Origin: Alphaproteobacteria bacterium
Lineage (GTDB): Bacteria > Pseudomonadota > Alphaproteobacteria > UBA828
NCBI GenBank assembly: GCA_965237415.1
Contig: CBDEFM010000002.1
Coordinates: 1,216,001-1,280,000 of the forward strand
DNA: 64,000 bases
Reading direction: 5' to 3'
The position numbers and the translations under genes were made by a program. The number at the start of each line of letters is the position of its first letter. Within the stretch, counting starts at the first letter, position 1. The notes beneath the pieces were generated by a model. The model saw nothing but the letters and a program-made list of their open reading frames with translations. It did not search any database and was not told the origin of the DNA. Shown one piece after another: positions 1 through 9,135 of this stretch.

Positions 1-1
1 T

Positions 2-547
2 CTGGCCGATTGCCGCTACTCGCCGGACGACTTCACCCTGGGGCTCACCTGGATTGGCGAGGTGCCGCTGGAAGAACGCTTCGCGCTCCTCATGCAGGCG
101 AACTTCTCGGAGATCGGCATCAACTCCGAAATCAGGCGGGTGCCGTGGGCGCTCTTCGCCGAGCAGGTATCGAACGCCGAGACCTCGCCCCACGTCTCGC
201 AGGTCTATGTCACCGCGGTGACCGGCGATTCCGATACGCTGCTCTACGGCATGTACCACTCCAGCGCGGCCGGGACGTGGCAATCGCCCGAACACCTGAA
301 TGACGCCGAGGTGGACCGCCTGCTGGAAGCCGGGCGCACGGGGGCGACGCCGGAGGCCCGGGCGGACGCCTATTCGGCGCTCAACGACAGGCTGATAGCG
401 ATTTCGCCCACCATCTACGCCCACGACTCGCTATCGGTCTTCGCGGCGTCCAACCGGGTCAAGGTGCCGGCGCTGAGCGACCCGGCCAAGGCCTTCGGGC
501 TCGACAGCTTCGGCTTCAGCTTCCGCCTCATGGAAATGACCGAGTAG
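2..547 (+). CDS. ABC transporter substrate-binding protein, family 5 (DppA/OppA-like), 5' end outside the window
   Basis: Frame is open from base 2. C-terminal SBP5-like sequence (EVDRLLEAGR...RADAYSALNDRLIAISPTIY), directly upstream of the permeases. Confidence 0.85.
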   Translation: MADCRYSPDDFTLGLTWIGEVPLEERFALLMQANFSEIGINSEIRRVPWALFAEQVSNAETSPHVSQVYVTAVTGDSDTLLYGMYHSSAAGTWQSPEHLNDAEVDRLLEAGRTGATPEARADAYSALNDRLIAISPTIYAHDSLSVFAASNRVKVPALSDPAKAFGLDSFGFSFRLMEMTE

Positions 548-556
548 ACTTCCCAC

Positions 557-590
557 GGCGGGGCGGGCGTTCTCACTGCCTGCCCCGCCC
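557..590 (+). terminator. GC-rich stem-loop after the SBP gene (mRNA stabiliser or attenuator)
   Basis: GGCGGGGCGGGC...GCCTGCCCCGCC inverted repeat with no U-tract. Confidence 0.4.
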
Positions 591-598
591 CGCTGCCA

Positions 599-642
599 AG
601 CCCGGAACTCTCACCATGGTCTTGGTGAGAAATCCGGGCTAG
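599..642. repeat. REP/REPIN-like doublet, family 1 (AGCCCGGAACTCTCACCA ... TGGTGAGAAATCCGGGCTAG)
   Basis: Imperfect 18-bp inverted repeat. The same arms recur at 36182-36252 and, inverted, at 63844-63914. Confidence 0.8.
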
Positions 643-651
643 AGGCGGGCC

Positions 652-1677
652 GTGACGCCGACGCTTCTCATCTTTGTGCGGCGCGTCGGGATCTCCTGCA
701 TCGTCCTGCTGGGGGTCTCGATGCTGATCTTCGCGATCGCCCGGATCATTCCGGGCGATCCTGCACGCATTGCGCTCGGGCCGAGCGCGACCGACGAGTC
801 GGTTGCGAAACTCAGGGCGGAGCTCCGCCTCGACGAGCCGATCGCGGTCCAGTACGGGCACTTCCTGAGCGATCTCGCGCAGGGCGACCTCGGCATCTCG
901 CTCTACACCAACCGGCCGGTGGTGGTGGATATCGCGCAGTTTCTGCCGGCCACTCTCGAGCTCATCTTCGTCGCCGGCGCGATGATGATTGCGATCGGGC
1001 TTCCGCTCGGCATCACATCGGCGCGCTACCGAGGCACCTGGATCGACAATTCCATCCGCGTGGTCACGTTGCTCGGGGTCTCGGCGCCGAGCTTCGTCTG
1101 GGCCATTATCCTGATGCTGCTGTTCGCGTTCTTTCTGCCCCTCTTCCCCATCGCCGGCCGCATCACGGACACGTACAGCATCGAGGCGGTCACGGGCTTC
1201 CTGCTGCTCGACACATTGATTGCGGGCAAACCCGGCGCCTTCGGCAACGCCGCCTGGCACATCATCCTGCCGGCCTTTGCGCTGGCGCTTTCCGGCATCG
1301 GGCAGACGGCGCGGCTCACGCGCGCCAATATGGTGGAGACCTACGACAAGCCCTTCATCGAGATGGCGCGCTCCTATGGCGTGCCGGATCGCCGCATCGC
1401 GCGCCGCTACGCCTTCAAGCCGTCGCTGATCCCGTCGCTCACGATCATCGGGCTCGATTTCGCGGCCATGCTGGGCAACGCCTTTCTCGTCGAGGCGGTG
1501 TTCGCCTGGCCCGGCCTCTCGCGCTACGGCGTCTCGGTCATCCTGCGCAAGGACCTGGATGCGATCGTCGGCACCGTGCTCGTCATCTCGGCCACCTTCC
1601 TCATCATGAACCTCATCGTCGATGTGCTGGTCACGTTCATCAACCCGCGCATCCGCTACGCGCGAGCGCGCTCATGA
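652..1677 (+). CDS. ABC transporter permease (DppB-like)
   Basis: PGDPA N-terminal motif, LPATLEL, EAA loop (FIEMARSYG), VEAVFAWPG. Confidence 0.92.
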   Translation: MTPTLLIFVRRVGISCIVLLGVSMLIFAIARIIPGDPARIALGPSATDESVAKLRAELRLDEPIAVQYGHFLSDLAQGDLGISLYTNRPVVVDIAQFLPATLELIFVAGAMMIAIGLPLGITSARYRGTWIDNSIRVVTLLGVSAPSFVWAIILMLLFAFFLPLFPIAGRITDTYSIEAVTGFLLLDTLIAGKPGAFGNAAWHIILPAFALALSGIGQTARLTRANMVETYDKPFIEMARSYGVPDRRIARRYAFKPSLIPSLTIIGLDFAAMLGNAFLVEAVFAWPGLSRYGVSVILRKDLDAIVGTVLVISATFLIMNLIVDVLVTFINPRIRYARARS

Positions 1678-2507
1678 GGCGGGCCGTCGCGATCCTGGCC
1701 TCGAACCCGCTGTCGCTGCTGGGGCTGATCCTGGTCGGCATCATCCTCATCTGCGCGGTCTTCGCGGACTTCATCGCCCCCTTCCCCGAGCATCGCGGCG
1801 CGGTCGTGGACTTCGCCAACTTCAACCAGCCGCCCAAGTGGCCGCACCTCATGGGGACCGATCTGGTCGGCCGCGATCTCTTCAGCCGCGTCATCTACGC
1901 CTATCGGATATCGCTGATCCTGGGCGCGGTGGTGCTCGGCATCGCGGTCCCCGTCGGGGTCACGGTCGGCCTGATCGCGGGCTACTTCGACCGCTATACC
2001 GAGTTCGCGCTGATGCGCGTGACCGACGTCTTCCTCTCCGTCCCGCCGCTGGTGCTCGCCATGTCGATCATGGGCGTGCTGGAGCCGACGCTGATCAACG
2101 GGATGCTGGCGGTCACCGCGATGTGGTGGCCGTGGTACGCGCGGCTCGTCTACAACATGACGCGGGGGGAGAAGGAGGAAGGCTACGTGCTCGCCGCCGA
2201 GGTGATCGGCGCCTCGCGCCTGCATGTGATGTTCCGCGAGATTCTGCCGAACTGCTTCCCCTCCATCGTCACGAAGATGACGCTCGACCTCGGCTTCATC
2301 ATCCTCATCGCCTCCTCGCTCTCCTTCCTCGGCCTCGGCGTGCAGCCACCGACGCCCGACCTCGGCTCGATGGTGGCCGACGGCGCGAAGTACCTGCCCG
2401 ATTCCTGGTGGCTCACCATCTTCCCGAGCCTCGCCATCCTGATCGCGGTGTTCGGCTTCAACCTCATCGGTGACGGCTTGCGCGAGCTCTTCGGGGCCGA
2501 CCAATGA
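1674..2507 (+). CDS. ABC transporter permease (DppC-like)
   Basis: HLMGTDLVGRDLFSR, YVLAAEVIGAS, SLSFLGLGVQPPTPDLG; ATGA overlap with the upstream gene. Confidence 0.92.
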   Translation: MRRAVAILASNPLSLLGLILVGIILICAVFADFIAPFPEHRGAVVDFANFNQPPKWPHLMGTDLVGRDLFSRVIYAYRISLILGAVVLGIAVPVGVTVGLIAGYFDRYTEFALMRVTDVFLSVPPLVLAMSIMGVLEPTLINGMLAVTAMWWPWYARLVYNMTRGEKEEGYVLAAEVIGASRLHVMFREILPNCFPSIVTKMTLDLGFIILIASSLSFLGLGVQPPTPDLGSMVADGAKYLPDSWWLTIFPSLAILIAVFGFNLIGDGLRELFGADQ

Positions 2508-3385
2508 CCGTGCCGACGCTCGATATCCGGGACCTCCGGCTCGGCTTCAAGACCTACGACGCCTATGTCGAGGTGCTGCACGGGATCTCGCTCTCCATCC
2601 AGCCGGGCGAGCGGGTCGCGCTGGTGGGCGAATCCGGCTCCGGCAAATCGGTGACCGCGCGTATCGTGTTGGGGCTCCTGCAGCTGCTGCGCTCGGCACG
2701 CATCTCCGGCAGCGTGGTCTTCGAAGGGCGCGACCTCGACCGGCTGTCGGCGCGGGAACGCCGCCGGCTGCGGGGCACGCAGATGACCATGGTGTTTCAG
2801 GACCCGACCTCGTCGCTCAATCCCGTCTACCGCATCGGCACCCAGTTCCACGAAGTGCTCAGGCGGGCCGAGCCTCGGATCACCGAGCAGGCGGCCCGGC
2901 AGCGGGCGGCGCAAATGCTCTCGGAAGTCTCCATCGACGACCCGGACCGGGTCTTCGACTCCTACGCCTTCCAGCTTTCGGGCGGGATGAACCAGCGCGT
3001 GATGATCGCGATGGCGCTCGCCAACGAGCCCGCGCTGCTCATCGCCGACGAGCCCGGCACCGCGCTCGACGTGACGGTGCAGGCCCAGACGCTCAAGCTG
3101 ATGCGCGAGCTCGTCGAGCATCACCACACGTCGGTGCTGTTCATCTCCCACAACCTCGGCGTGGTGCGCGAGTTCGCGGACCGCGTCTACGTCATCTACA
3201 AGGGCCGCATCGTCGAGCAAGGGCCGTGCGCGTCGGTCTTCGAGCGCCCCGGCCACGCCTACACGCGGGCGCTCATGGCGGCGGTGCCGCGCATCACCGG
3301 CGGCGGGCTGCCGGACATCGATGACGAGCCGCGCGACTTCTCGGAGCCCCTGGTCGTGCACGAGGCCGGCGGAGGCGCCCCATGA
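2504..3385 (+). CDS. ABC transporter ATP-binding protein (DppD-like)
   Basis: Walker A GESGSGKS, signature LSGGMNQR, Walker B LLIADEP. Confidence 0.93.
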   Translation: MTVPTLDIRDLRLGFKTYDAYVEVLHGISLSIQPGERVALVGESGSGKSVTARIVLGLLQLLRSARISGSVVFEGRDLDRLSARERRRLRGTQMTMVFQDPTSSLNPVYRIGTQFHEVLRRAEPRITEQAARQRAAQMLSEVSIDDPDRVFDSYAFQLSGGMNQRVMIAMALANEPALLIADEPGTALDVTVQAQTLKLMRELVEHHHTSVLFISHNLGVVREFADRVYVIYKGRIVEQGPCASVFERPGHAYTRALMAAVPRITGGGLPDIDDEPRDFSEPLVVHEAGGGAP

Positions 3386-4194
3386 GCCCGCCGATCCTCG
3401 AGGTGCTGGGTCTCACCAAGGTCTTCCGGCTCGAGGATCGCGAGGTCCCCGCCCTCATCGATGTGTCGTTCGATGTCAGGGTCGGTGAGTGCCTCGCCAT
3501 CGTGGGCGAATCCGGTGCCGGCAAGACCACCGTCGCCAACCTCATCCTCGGCGTCTATCCGCCGACATCGGGCGCAGTCCTGATGCACGGCGCCGCCTTG
3601 CCCGCCCGGCGGCGGCGCGAGCACCGGCGCGCCATCCAGCTCGTGCAGCAGAACCCGCTCTCCACCCTCAACCCGAAGCGCACCGTCGGCGCCTCGCTCC
3701 GCCTTGCCCTCGACGTGCACCGCATCGGCGAACGGCGGGAACGGCCGGAGATCGTGGCGACGCTCCTCGAAGAAGTGGGCCTGCCCGGGGAATTCGCGCG
3801 GCGTTACCCCGCAGCACTCTCCGGCGGGCAGCGGCAGCGCGTCGCGGTCGCCCGTGCGCTGGCCTGCCGCTCGGAGCTGGTGGTTCTGGACGAGCCCACC
3901 TCCTCGCTCGACGTGCTGGTGCAGGCGCGCGTCCTCAGGCTGCTGCAGGAACTGCGGCCCAGGCGCGGCCTCACCTACCTCTTCATCACCCACGACCTCT
4001 CAGTGGTGCGCAACTTCGCCGATCGGGTCGCGGTGTTCGAGAAGGGGCGGCTCATCGAGATCGGCGTCACCGAGACCCTGTTCGCGGCGCCCCAACAGGC
4101 TTACACACGGCGCCTCATCAGCGCGGTGCCGGTCGTCACCCGCGAAGAGGAGGCCGTGCGGGACGCGCTCGCGCAGGGGGAGCTTCACCCATGA
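3382..4194 (+). CDS. ABC transporter ATP-binding protein (DppF-like)
   Basis: GESGAGKT, LSGGQRQR, VVLDEPTSSLD. Confidence 0.93.
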   Translation: MSPPILEVLGLTKVFRLEDREVPALIDVSFDVRVGECLAIVGESGAGKTTVANLILGVYPPTSGAVLMHGAALPARRRREHRRAIQLVQQNPLSTLNPKRTVGASLRLALDVHRIGERRERPEIVATLLEEVGLPGEFARRYPAALSGGQRQRVAVARALACRSELVVLDEPTSSLDVLVQARVLRLLQELRPRRGLTYLFITHDLSVVRNFADRVAVFEKGRLIEIGVTETLFAAPQQAYTRRLISAVPVVTREEEAVRDALAQGELHP

Positions 4195-4273
4195 CTGAAG
4201 CTGCGCGCGTCATCTCCGCTCTGCGCTACCGCCGCGCTTCGTATTCTTTTCCTTTGACCGTGGGAGGCCATTA

Positions 4274-6349
4274 ATGGCTGCGAAATCCATTCGCGTCGCA
4301 ACCGACGTCGGCGGAACCTTCACCGACCTCCTGGTTTTCGAGACCGACGGCGACACCGGCGAGGCCGTCGTCCGCAGCGCGAAGACCGACACCACCCCCG
4401 CAGGCTACGAGGAAGGCGTGTTCGATGTCATGGCGAAGGCGGACGTCGCGGCGGACTCGGTGGGCTTCCTCGCCCACGGGACGACGGTGGTCATCAACGC
4501 GCTGACCGAGCGCACCGGCGTCAGGGTCGGCCTCATCACGACGCAGGGGTTTCGCGATACGCTGGAGATCGCGCGCGGCAACCGGCCCGACTTCTTCAAT
4601 CTGCACTATCAAAAGCCCGAGCCCTTCGTGCCGCGCAACCTGCGCCGCGAGCTGCCCGGCCGCATCGACTACCACGGGCAGGAGATGCACCCCATCGACC
4701 TCTCACCGCTGCCGGAGATCGTCGCGGACTTTCAGGCCGAAGGCGTGGAGGCGGTCGCGATCTGCTTCATCCACGCCTACGCGAACCCTGCGCACGAACA
4801 AGCCGCTCTCGCCGAGCTCAACCGGCTCTGGCCGGAGGTCTCCGCCATCTCATCCCACCAGATCACGCGCGAGTGGCGCGAATACGAGCGCACCAGCACC
4901 GCCGTGCTCTCGGCCTACGTGCAGCCGGTGGCGGAGCGCTACCTCCAGCGCCTCGACGCCGGCCTCGCCGAGCGCGGCTTCGACGGCGGCCTTTACATCA
5001 TGCAGTCCAACTGCGGCGTGGATTCCGTCGACACCGTCTCGCGCATTCCCATCACGATGGTTGAATCGGGGCCGGCATCGGGCGTCTGGGGCGCGGCGGA
5101 GCTCGGCCGGCTGATCGACGAGCCCAACGTGCTCGCGCTGGACATCGGCGGCACGACCGCCAAGTGCTCGCTGATCGAAGACGCCGACGTCAGGATCAAG
5201 ACCGACTACTGGATCGGGCGGACCCGCGCCAGCGCGGGTTATCCCGTCATGGTCCCCGTCGTCGATCTGGTGGAGATCGGCAACGGCGGCGGCTCCATCG
5301 CCTGGGTCGACGACTTCGGCAAGCTGCGCGTGGGCCCGCGCTCCGCCGGCGCGATGCCGGGTCCTGCGGCTTATGGGCGCGGGGGGACCGAGGCCACCAC
5401 GACCGACGCCAATCTCTGGCTCGGCCGCATCAACCGCGACTACTTTTGCGGGGGCACGGTGCAGGCCGACATGGACGGGGTAGCGAAGGCCATCGAGGCG
5501 GTGGGATCGCGGCTCGGCGTGGACGCCGACGAGGCCGCCCGCGGCATCGTGCGCATCGCCAACAACAACATGGTCAACGCGCTCAAGCTGGTCTCCGTCA
5601 ACCGCGGGTTCGACCCGCGCGACTTCACGCTGATCGCGTTCGGCGGCGGCGGCGCGATGCACGCGGTGGCGCTCGCCCAGGAGCTCGGCGTCACCAAGGT
5701 GGTGGTGCCGGCCGATGCCTCGGTGTTCTCCGCCTGGGGCATGCTGATGTCCGACCTGCGCCGCGACGATGTGGTCACCCTCCTCGTCGATCTCACTGCC
5801 GGGAACGCCGCCGCCATCGAGGGAGCGTTTGCCGAGACGGAGGAGCGCGCGCGGAACCGCTTCGCGGCCGAAGGCATCGCGGCATCCGCGGTCAAGCTCG
5901 CGCGCCTCGGCAAGTTCCGCTACCAGAACCAGGAGCACACCACCGAGGTGCCGTTGGAGACCGGGCCTGTGACCGCCGAAGGCATCGCCGCCATCGAGGC
6001 CGCCTTCCACGAGACCTACGAGCGCGAATACACTTACAGGCTCGACGCCCCGGTCGAGATGGTGGGCTTTCACGTCGTCGCCACGGTCGACATCGGCAAG
6101 CTCACCATGACAACGCGGCAGGCGACGGGGCGGCTGCTCGGCGACGCGCAGAAGGGCACGCGCCGCGTCGACTATGCGCTGGAAGGCGTGCGCGTGGCAG
6201 CGATCTACGACGGCGAGCGGCTGGAGCCCGGCATGGCTTTCGAGGGACCCGCCATCGTCGAGGATTCTGGGACCACGGTCGTGGTCCACCCCGGCAACCA
6301 CGCCGAGGTGGACGACTTCGGCAATATCCGCATTCATATCCGCAACTGA
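4274..6349 (+). CDS. Hydantoinase/oxoprolinase A subunit (ATP-dependent)
   Basis: DVGGTFTD, HGTTVVINAL, ESGPASG, DIGGTTAK, GPRSAGAMPGPAAYGRGG; GGAGG RBS. Confidence 0.92.
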   Translation: MAAKSIRVATDVGGTFTDLLVFETDGDTGEAVVRSAKTDTTPAGYEEGVFDVMAKADVAADSVGFLAHGTTVVINALTERTGVRVGLITTQGFRDTLEIARGNRPDFFNLHYQKPEPFVPRNLRRELPGRIDYHGQEMHPIDLSPLPEIVADFQAEGVEAVAICFIHAYANPAHEQAALAELNRLWPEVSAISSHQITREWREYERTSTAVLSAYVQPVAERYLQRLDAGLAERGFDGGLYIMQSNCGVDSVDTVSRIPITMVESGPASGVWGAAELGRLIDEPNVLALDIGGTTAKCSLIEDADVRIKTDYWIGRTRASAGYPVMVPVVDLVEIGNGGGSIAWVDDFGKLRVGPRSAGAMPGPAAYGRGGTEATTTDANLWLGRINRDYFCGGTVQADMDGVAKAIEAVGSRLGVDADEAARGIVRIANNNMVNALKLVSVNRGFDPRDFTLIAFGGGGAMHAVALAQELGVTKVVVPADASVFSAWGMLMSDLRRDDVVTLLVDLTAGNAAAIEGAFAETEERARNRFAAEGIAASAVKLARLGKFRYQNQEHTTEVPLETGPVTAEGIAAIEAAFHETYEREYTYRLDAPVEMVGFHVVATVDIGKLTMTTRQATGRLLGDAQKGTRRVDYALEGVRVAAIYDGERLEPGMAFEGPAIVEDSGTTVVVHPGNHAEVDDFGNIRIHIRN

Positions 6350-6368
6350 ACGAGACGGCGGCAGCACC

Positions 6369-8066
6369 ATGACAACGATGACCACGATCACGAACGATCC
6401 GATCACGCTTGAGATCATCCAGAATTCGCTGCAGAGCGCGGCCGACGAGATGTTCGCGGCCATGAAGAAGACTGCGATGAGCTCGATCATCTACGAGGTG
6501 CTCGACATGGGCACCGGGATCACCGACGCGAAGGGCGAAATTGCTTGCTCGGGCGCCGGCATTCCGGCCTTCGTCGGCGTGCTCGACAAGGCGGTGACGG
6601 TGATCGTCGAGAAGTTCGACGACCCCGGCGAGGTCGAGCCCGGCGACGTCTTCGTCACCAACGACCCCTATTACGGCGGGGTGACGCACCTCAACGACAT
6701 CGTCGTCGTCATGCCGGTCTTCGTCGAAGACCGCATCATCGCCTGGACCGCGAACATCGCGCACAACTCGGACGTGGGCGGTATGGCGCCGGGCTCGCTC
6801 ACCGGCGAGGCGACGGAGATCTTCCAGGAAGGGCTGCGGCTGCCCGCCATCAAGATGATCTCCAGGGGCGAGCCGATCCAGCCGGTGCTGGAGATCATCA
6901 AGGTCAACTCGCGCATGCCCGACGTGCTCGAAGGCGATGTCTGGGCCGCGATCGCCTCGGTGCGCATCGGCACCGCCCGCCTCGCGGAGATCGCCGAGAA
7001 GTATGGCGCCGCCACCTTCGAGCAGGCGATGACGTCGTTCATGGACTATGGCGAGCGGGTGTCGCGCTCGGCGCTCACGTCGCTTCCCAAGGGCACCTTC
7101 ACGCTCGCCGAGGAACAGGACGACGGCCAGGTCTTCAACGTCACGATCACGATCGCCGACGACGAATTCGTCGTCGACCTGCGGGACAACCCGGATCAGG
7201 CGACGAACCCGGTCAACACCAGCCGGGACGGCGTGATGGTGTCGGCGCAGATGATCTTCAAGTCGCTGACCGACCCCTATTCGCCGTGCAACGCCGGCTC
7301 CTTCCGCCCGATCCGCCTGCTGACGCGCGAGGGCTCGGTGTTCCACGCCGAGGAGCCCGCGCCCGTCGGCTTCTACTACGAGATCGACCTGCGCGCGTAC
7401 GACCTGATGTGGCGCTGCCTCGCGCAGCACATGCCGGAGCGCCTGGCCGCCGGGCACTTCGCCTCGGTGTGCGGCACCTTCATCGGCGGCATCCACCCCG
7501 ACACCGGCCGCCAGTACACGATCATCGAGCCGCAGCTCGGCGGCTGGGGCGGCCGCGAGGGGATGGACGGGAACAACGCCATGTTCTGCGGCTTCCACGG
7601 CGAGACCTTCAACTGCCCGGCCGAGATCAACGAGGCGCGCAACGGGCTCTACGTCGACCAGATGGCGCTCAACGTCCAGCCAGGCGGCGAGGGCCAGTTC
7701 ACCGGCGGGCGCGGCATCGTCATGGACTACCGAGTCCGCGCCAACGACGGCTTCCTGACCATAGGCTACACGCGCTCGAAGTTCCCGGCCTGGGCGCTCG
7801 ACGGCGGGCACGAAGGCTCCCCCAACTACGTCGACTTCATCCCGCGCGAGGGGGAGCGCCAGCGCTTCGCCTTCGTCTCCGGCCTCAAGACGCAGAGGGA
7901 TGATGTGATCCGCGTCGTCACCGGCAACGGCGGCGGCTTCGGCGATCCGAAGAAGCGCGATCCCGACCGCGTGCGCCGGGACGTGAGGAACGGCCTCATC
8001 AGCCCAGAGCGGGCGCGGGAGGTCTACGGCGTGACAATCGATCCAGACAACGGGAGGACCGCATGA
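6369..8066 (+). CDS. Hydantoinase B/oxoprolinase family subunit
   Basis: DPITLEIIQNSL, NDPYYGGVTHLND, HNSDVGG, EIFQEGLRLP, GGGGFGDP. Start reassigned to the ATG at 6369. Confidence 0.92.
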   Translation: MTTMTTITNDPITLEIIQNSLQSAADEMFAAMKKTAMSSIIYEVLDMGTGITDAKGEIACSGAGIPAFVGVLDKAVTVIVEKFDDPGEVEPGDVFVTNDPYYGGVTHLNDIVVVMPVFVEDRIIAWTANIAHNSDVGGMAPGSLTGEATEIFQEGLRLPAIKMISRGEPIQPVLEIIKVNSRMPDVLEGDVWAAIASVRIGTARLAEIAEKYGAATFEQAMTSFMDYGERVSRSALTSLPKGTFTLAEEQDDGQVFNVTITIADDEFVVDLRDNPDQATNPVNTSRDGVMVSAQMIFKSLTDPYSPCNAGSFRPIRLLTREGSVFHAEEPAPVGFYYEIDLRAYDLMWRCLAQHMPERLAAGHFASVCGTFIGGIHPDTGRQYTIIEPQLGGWGGREGMDGNNAMFCGFHGETFNCPAEINEARNGLYVDQMALNVQPGGEGQFTGGRGIVMDYRVRANDGFLTIGYTRSKFPAWALDGGHEGSPNYVDFIPREGERQRFAFVSGLKTQRDDVIRVVTGNGGGFGDPKKRDPDRVRRDVRNGLISPERAREVYGVTIDPDNGRTA

Positions 8067-8872
8067 AAGCCAACGCCCCCCTCAAGCTGATGTATCTCAA
8101 CCCGGTCGGCACCGAGGCCTACGACGCCGTCTTCGCCGACATGGCACGCACCTACAAGCTGCCGGGCACGGAGGTCCACATCGCCTGCCTGGCGGACGCG
8201 GGCGGTAGCTTCACCCACATCGAGTACCGCTCCTACGAGACCATCGTCTCGCGCGGCATTATCAGGGCGACACGCCAGGCCGCGCGCGAGGGCTTCGACG
8301 CGCTCGCCATCGGCTGCTTCTACGACACGGCGCTGCACGATGCCCGCGAGATCTCGGGCGAGATGGTCGTGACCGCGCCCTGCCTTGCTTCGTGCGAAAT
8401 CGCGGCGAGCCTCGCCAACCGCTTCGGCATCATCGTGGGGCGGCGCAAGTGGGTGAACCAGATGAACGCCGTCGCCCGCGAGCACGGCTACGGCGAGCGC
8501 CTCAGCGGCTTCTATCAGGTCGAGCTCGGCGTCAACGACTTCCAGACCGATCACGCGGAGACCGAGCGGCGGCTGGTCGCGGCCGGGAAGCGCGCGGTCG
8601 AAGAGGACTACGCCGAAGCGCTGATCCTCGGATGCACGCTGGAGATCGGCTTCTACCGCGAGATCGAGAAGGCCGTCGGCGTGCCGGTGATCGACCCCTC
8701 CATCGCAGCGCTCAAGCGCGCCGAGTATGCCGCGCAGCTCAAGCGCCAGTGCGGCTGGGTGCCGAGCCGCATGTGGTCCTGCGAGCCGCCGCCCGAGGAG
8801 GAGATCGCGCGCTTCGGCGGCTTCGATGAAGGCGAGGCCTTCGGCCAGCGCCTGGTCGTCGAGGCGGAGTGA
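8063..8872 (+). CDS. Asp/Glu/hydantoin racemase family protein
   Basis: Two catalytic Cys motifs (IGCFYD and ILGCT), plus VPVIDP. Confidence 0.88.
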   Translation: MKANAPLKLMYLNPVGTEAYDAVFADMARTYKLPGTEVHIACLADAGGSFTHIEYRSYETIVSRGIIRATRQAAREGFDALAIGCFYDTALHDAREISGEMVVTAPCLASCEIAASLANRFGIIVGRRKWVNQMNAVAREHGYGERLSGFYQVELGVNDFQTDHAETERRLVAAGKRAVEEDYAEALILGCTLEIGFYREIEKAVGVPVIDPSIAALKRAEYAAQLKRQCGWVPSRMWSCEPPPEEEIARFGGFDEGEAFGQRLVVEAE

Positions 8873-8897
8873 CGGCGCTCGGCCCTCGCCGGTCTGC

Positions 8898-9071
8898 TTA
8901 GTCCGCCCCGTCTGCCACGGGATCGAAATCGGCCTTGGGCGCGCGGCAGTCGGGACAGCACCAGTCGTCCGGCAGATCCTCGAAGGCTGTGCCGGGCGGT
9001 GTGTCGCGCTGCGCCTCGCCCTTGGCAGGGTCGTAGACGTAGCCGCACCAGCGACACCGATAGCGCGTCAT
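8898..9071 (-). CDS. Rubredoxin
   Basis: [10 protein letters not shown]...[17 protein letters not shown]. Start at ATG 9071 (MTRYRC). Confidence 0.9.
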   Translation of the reverse strand: MTRYRCRWCGYVYDPAKGEAQRDTPPGTAFEDLPDDWCCPDCRAPKADFDPVADGAD

Positions 9072-9135
9072 GGCGACCGTCGCCGACAAATGACGGCGTG
9101 CGACCGGCGCAACCGGCCGCGCGCCGTTACCTCAA

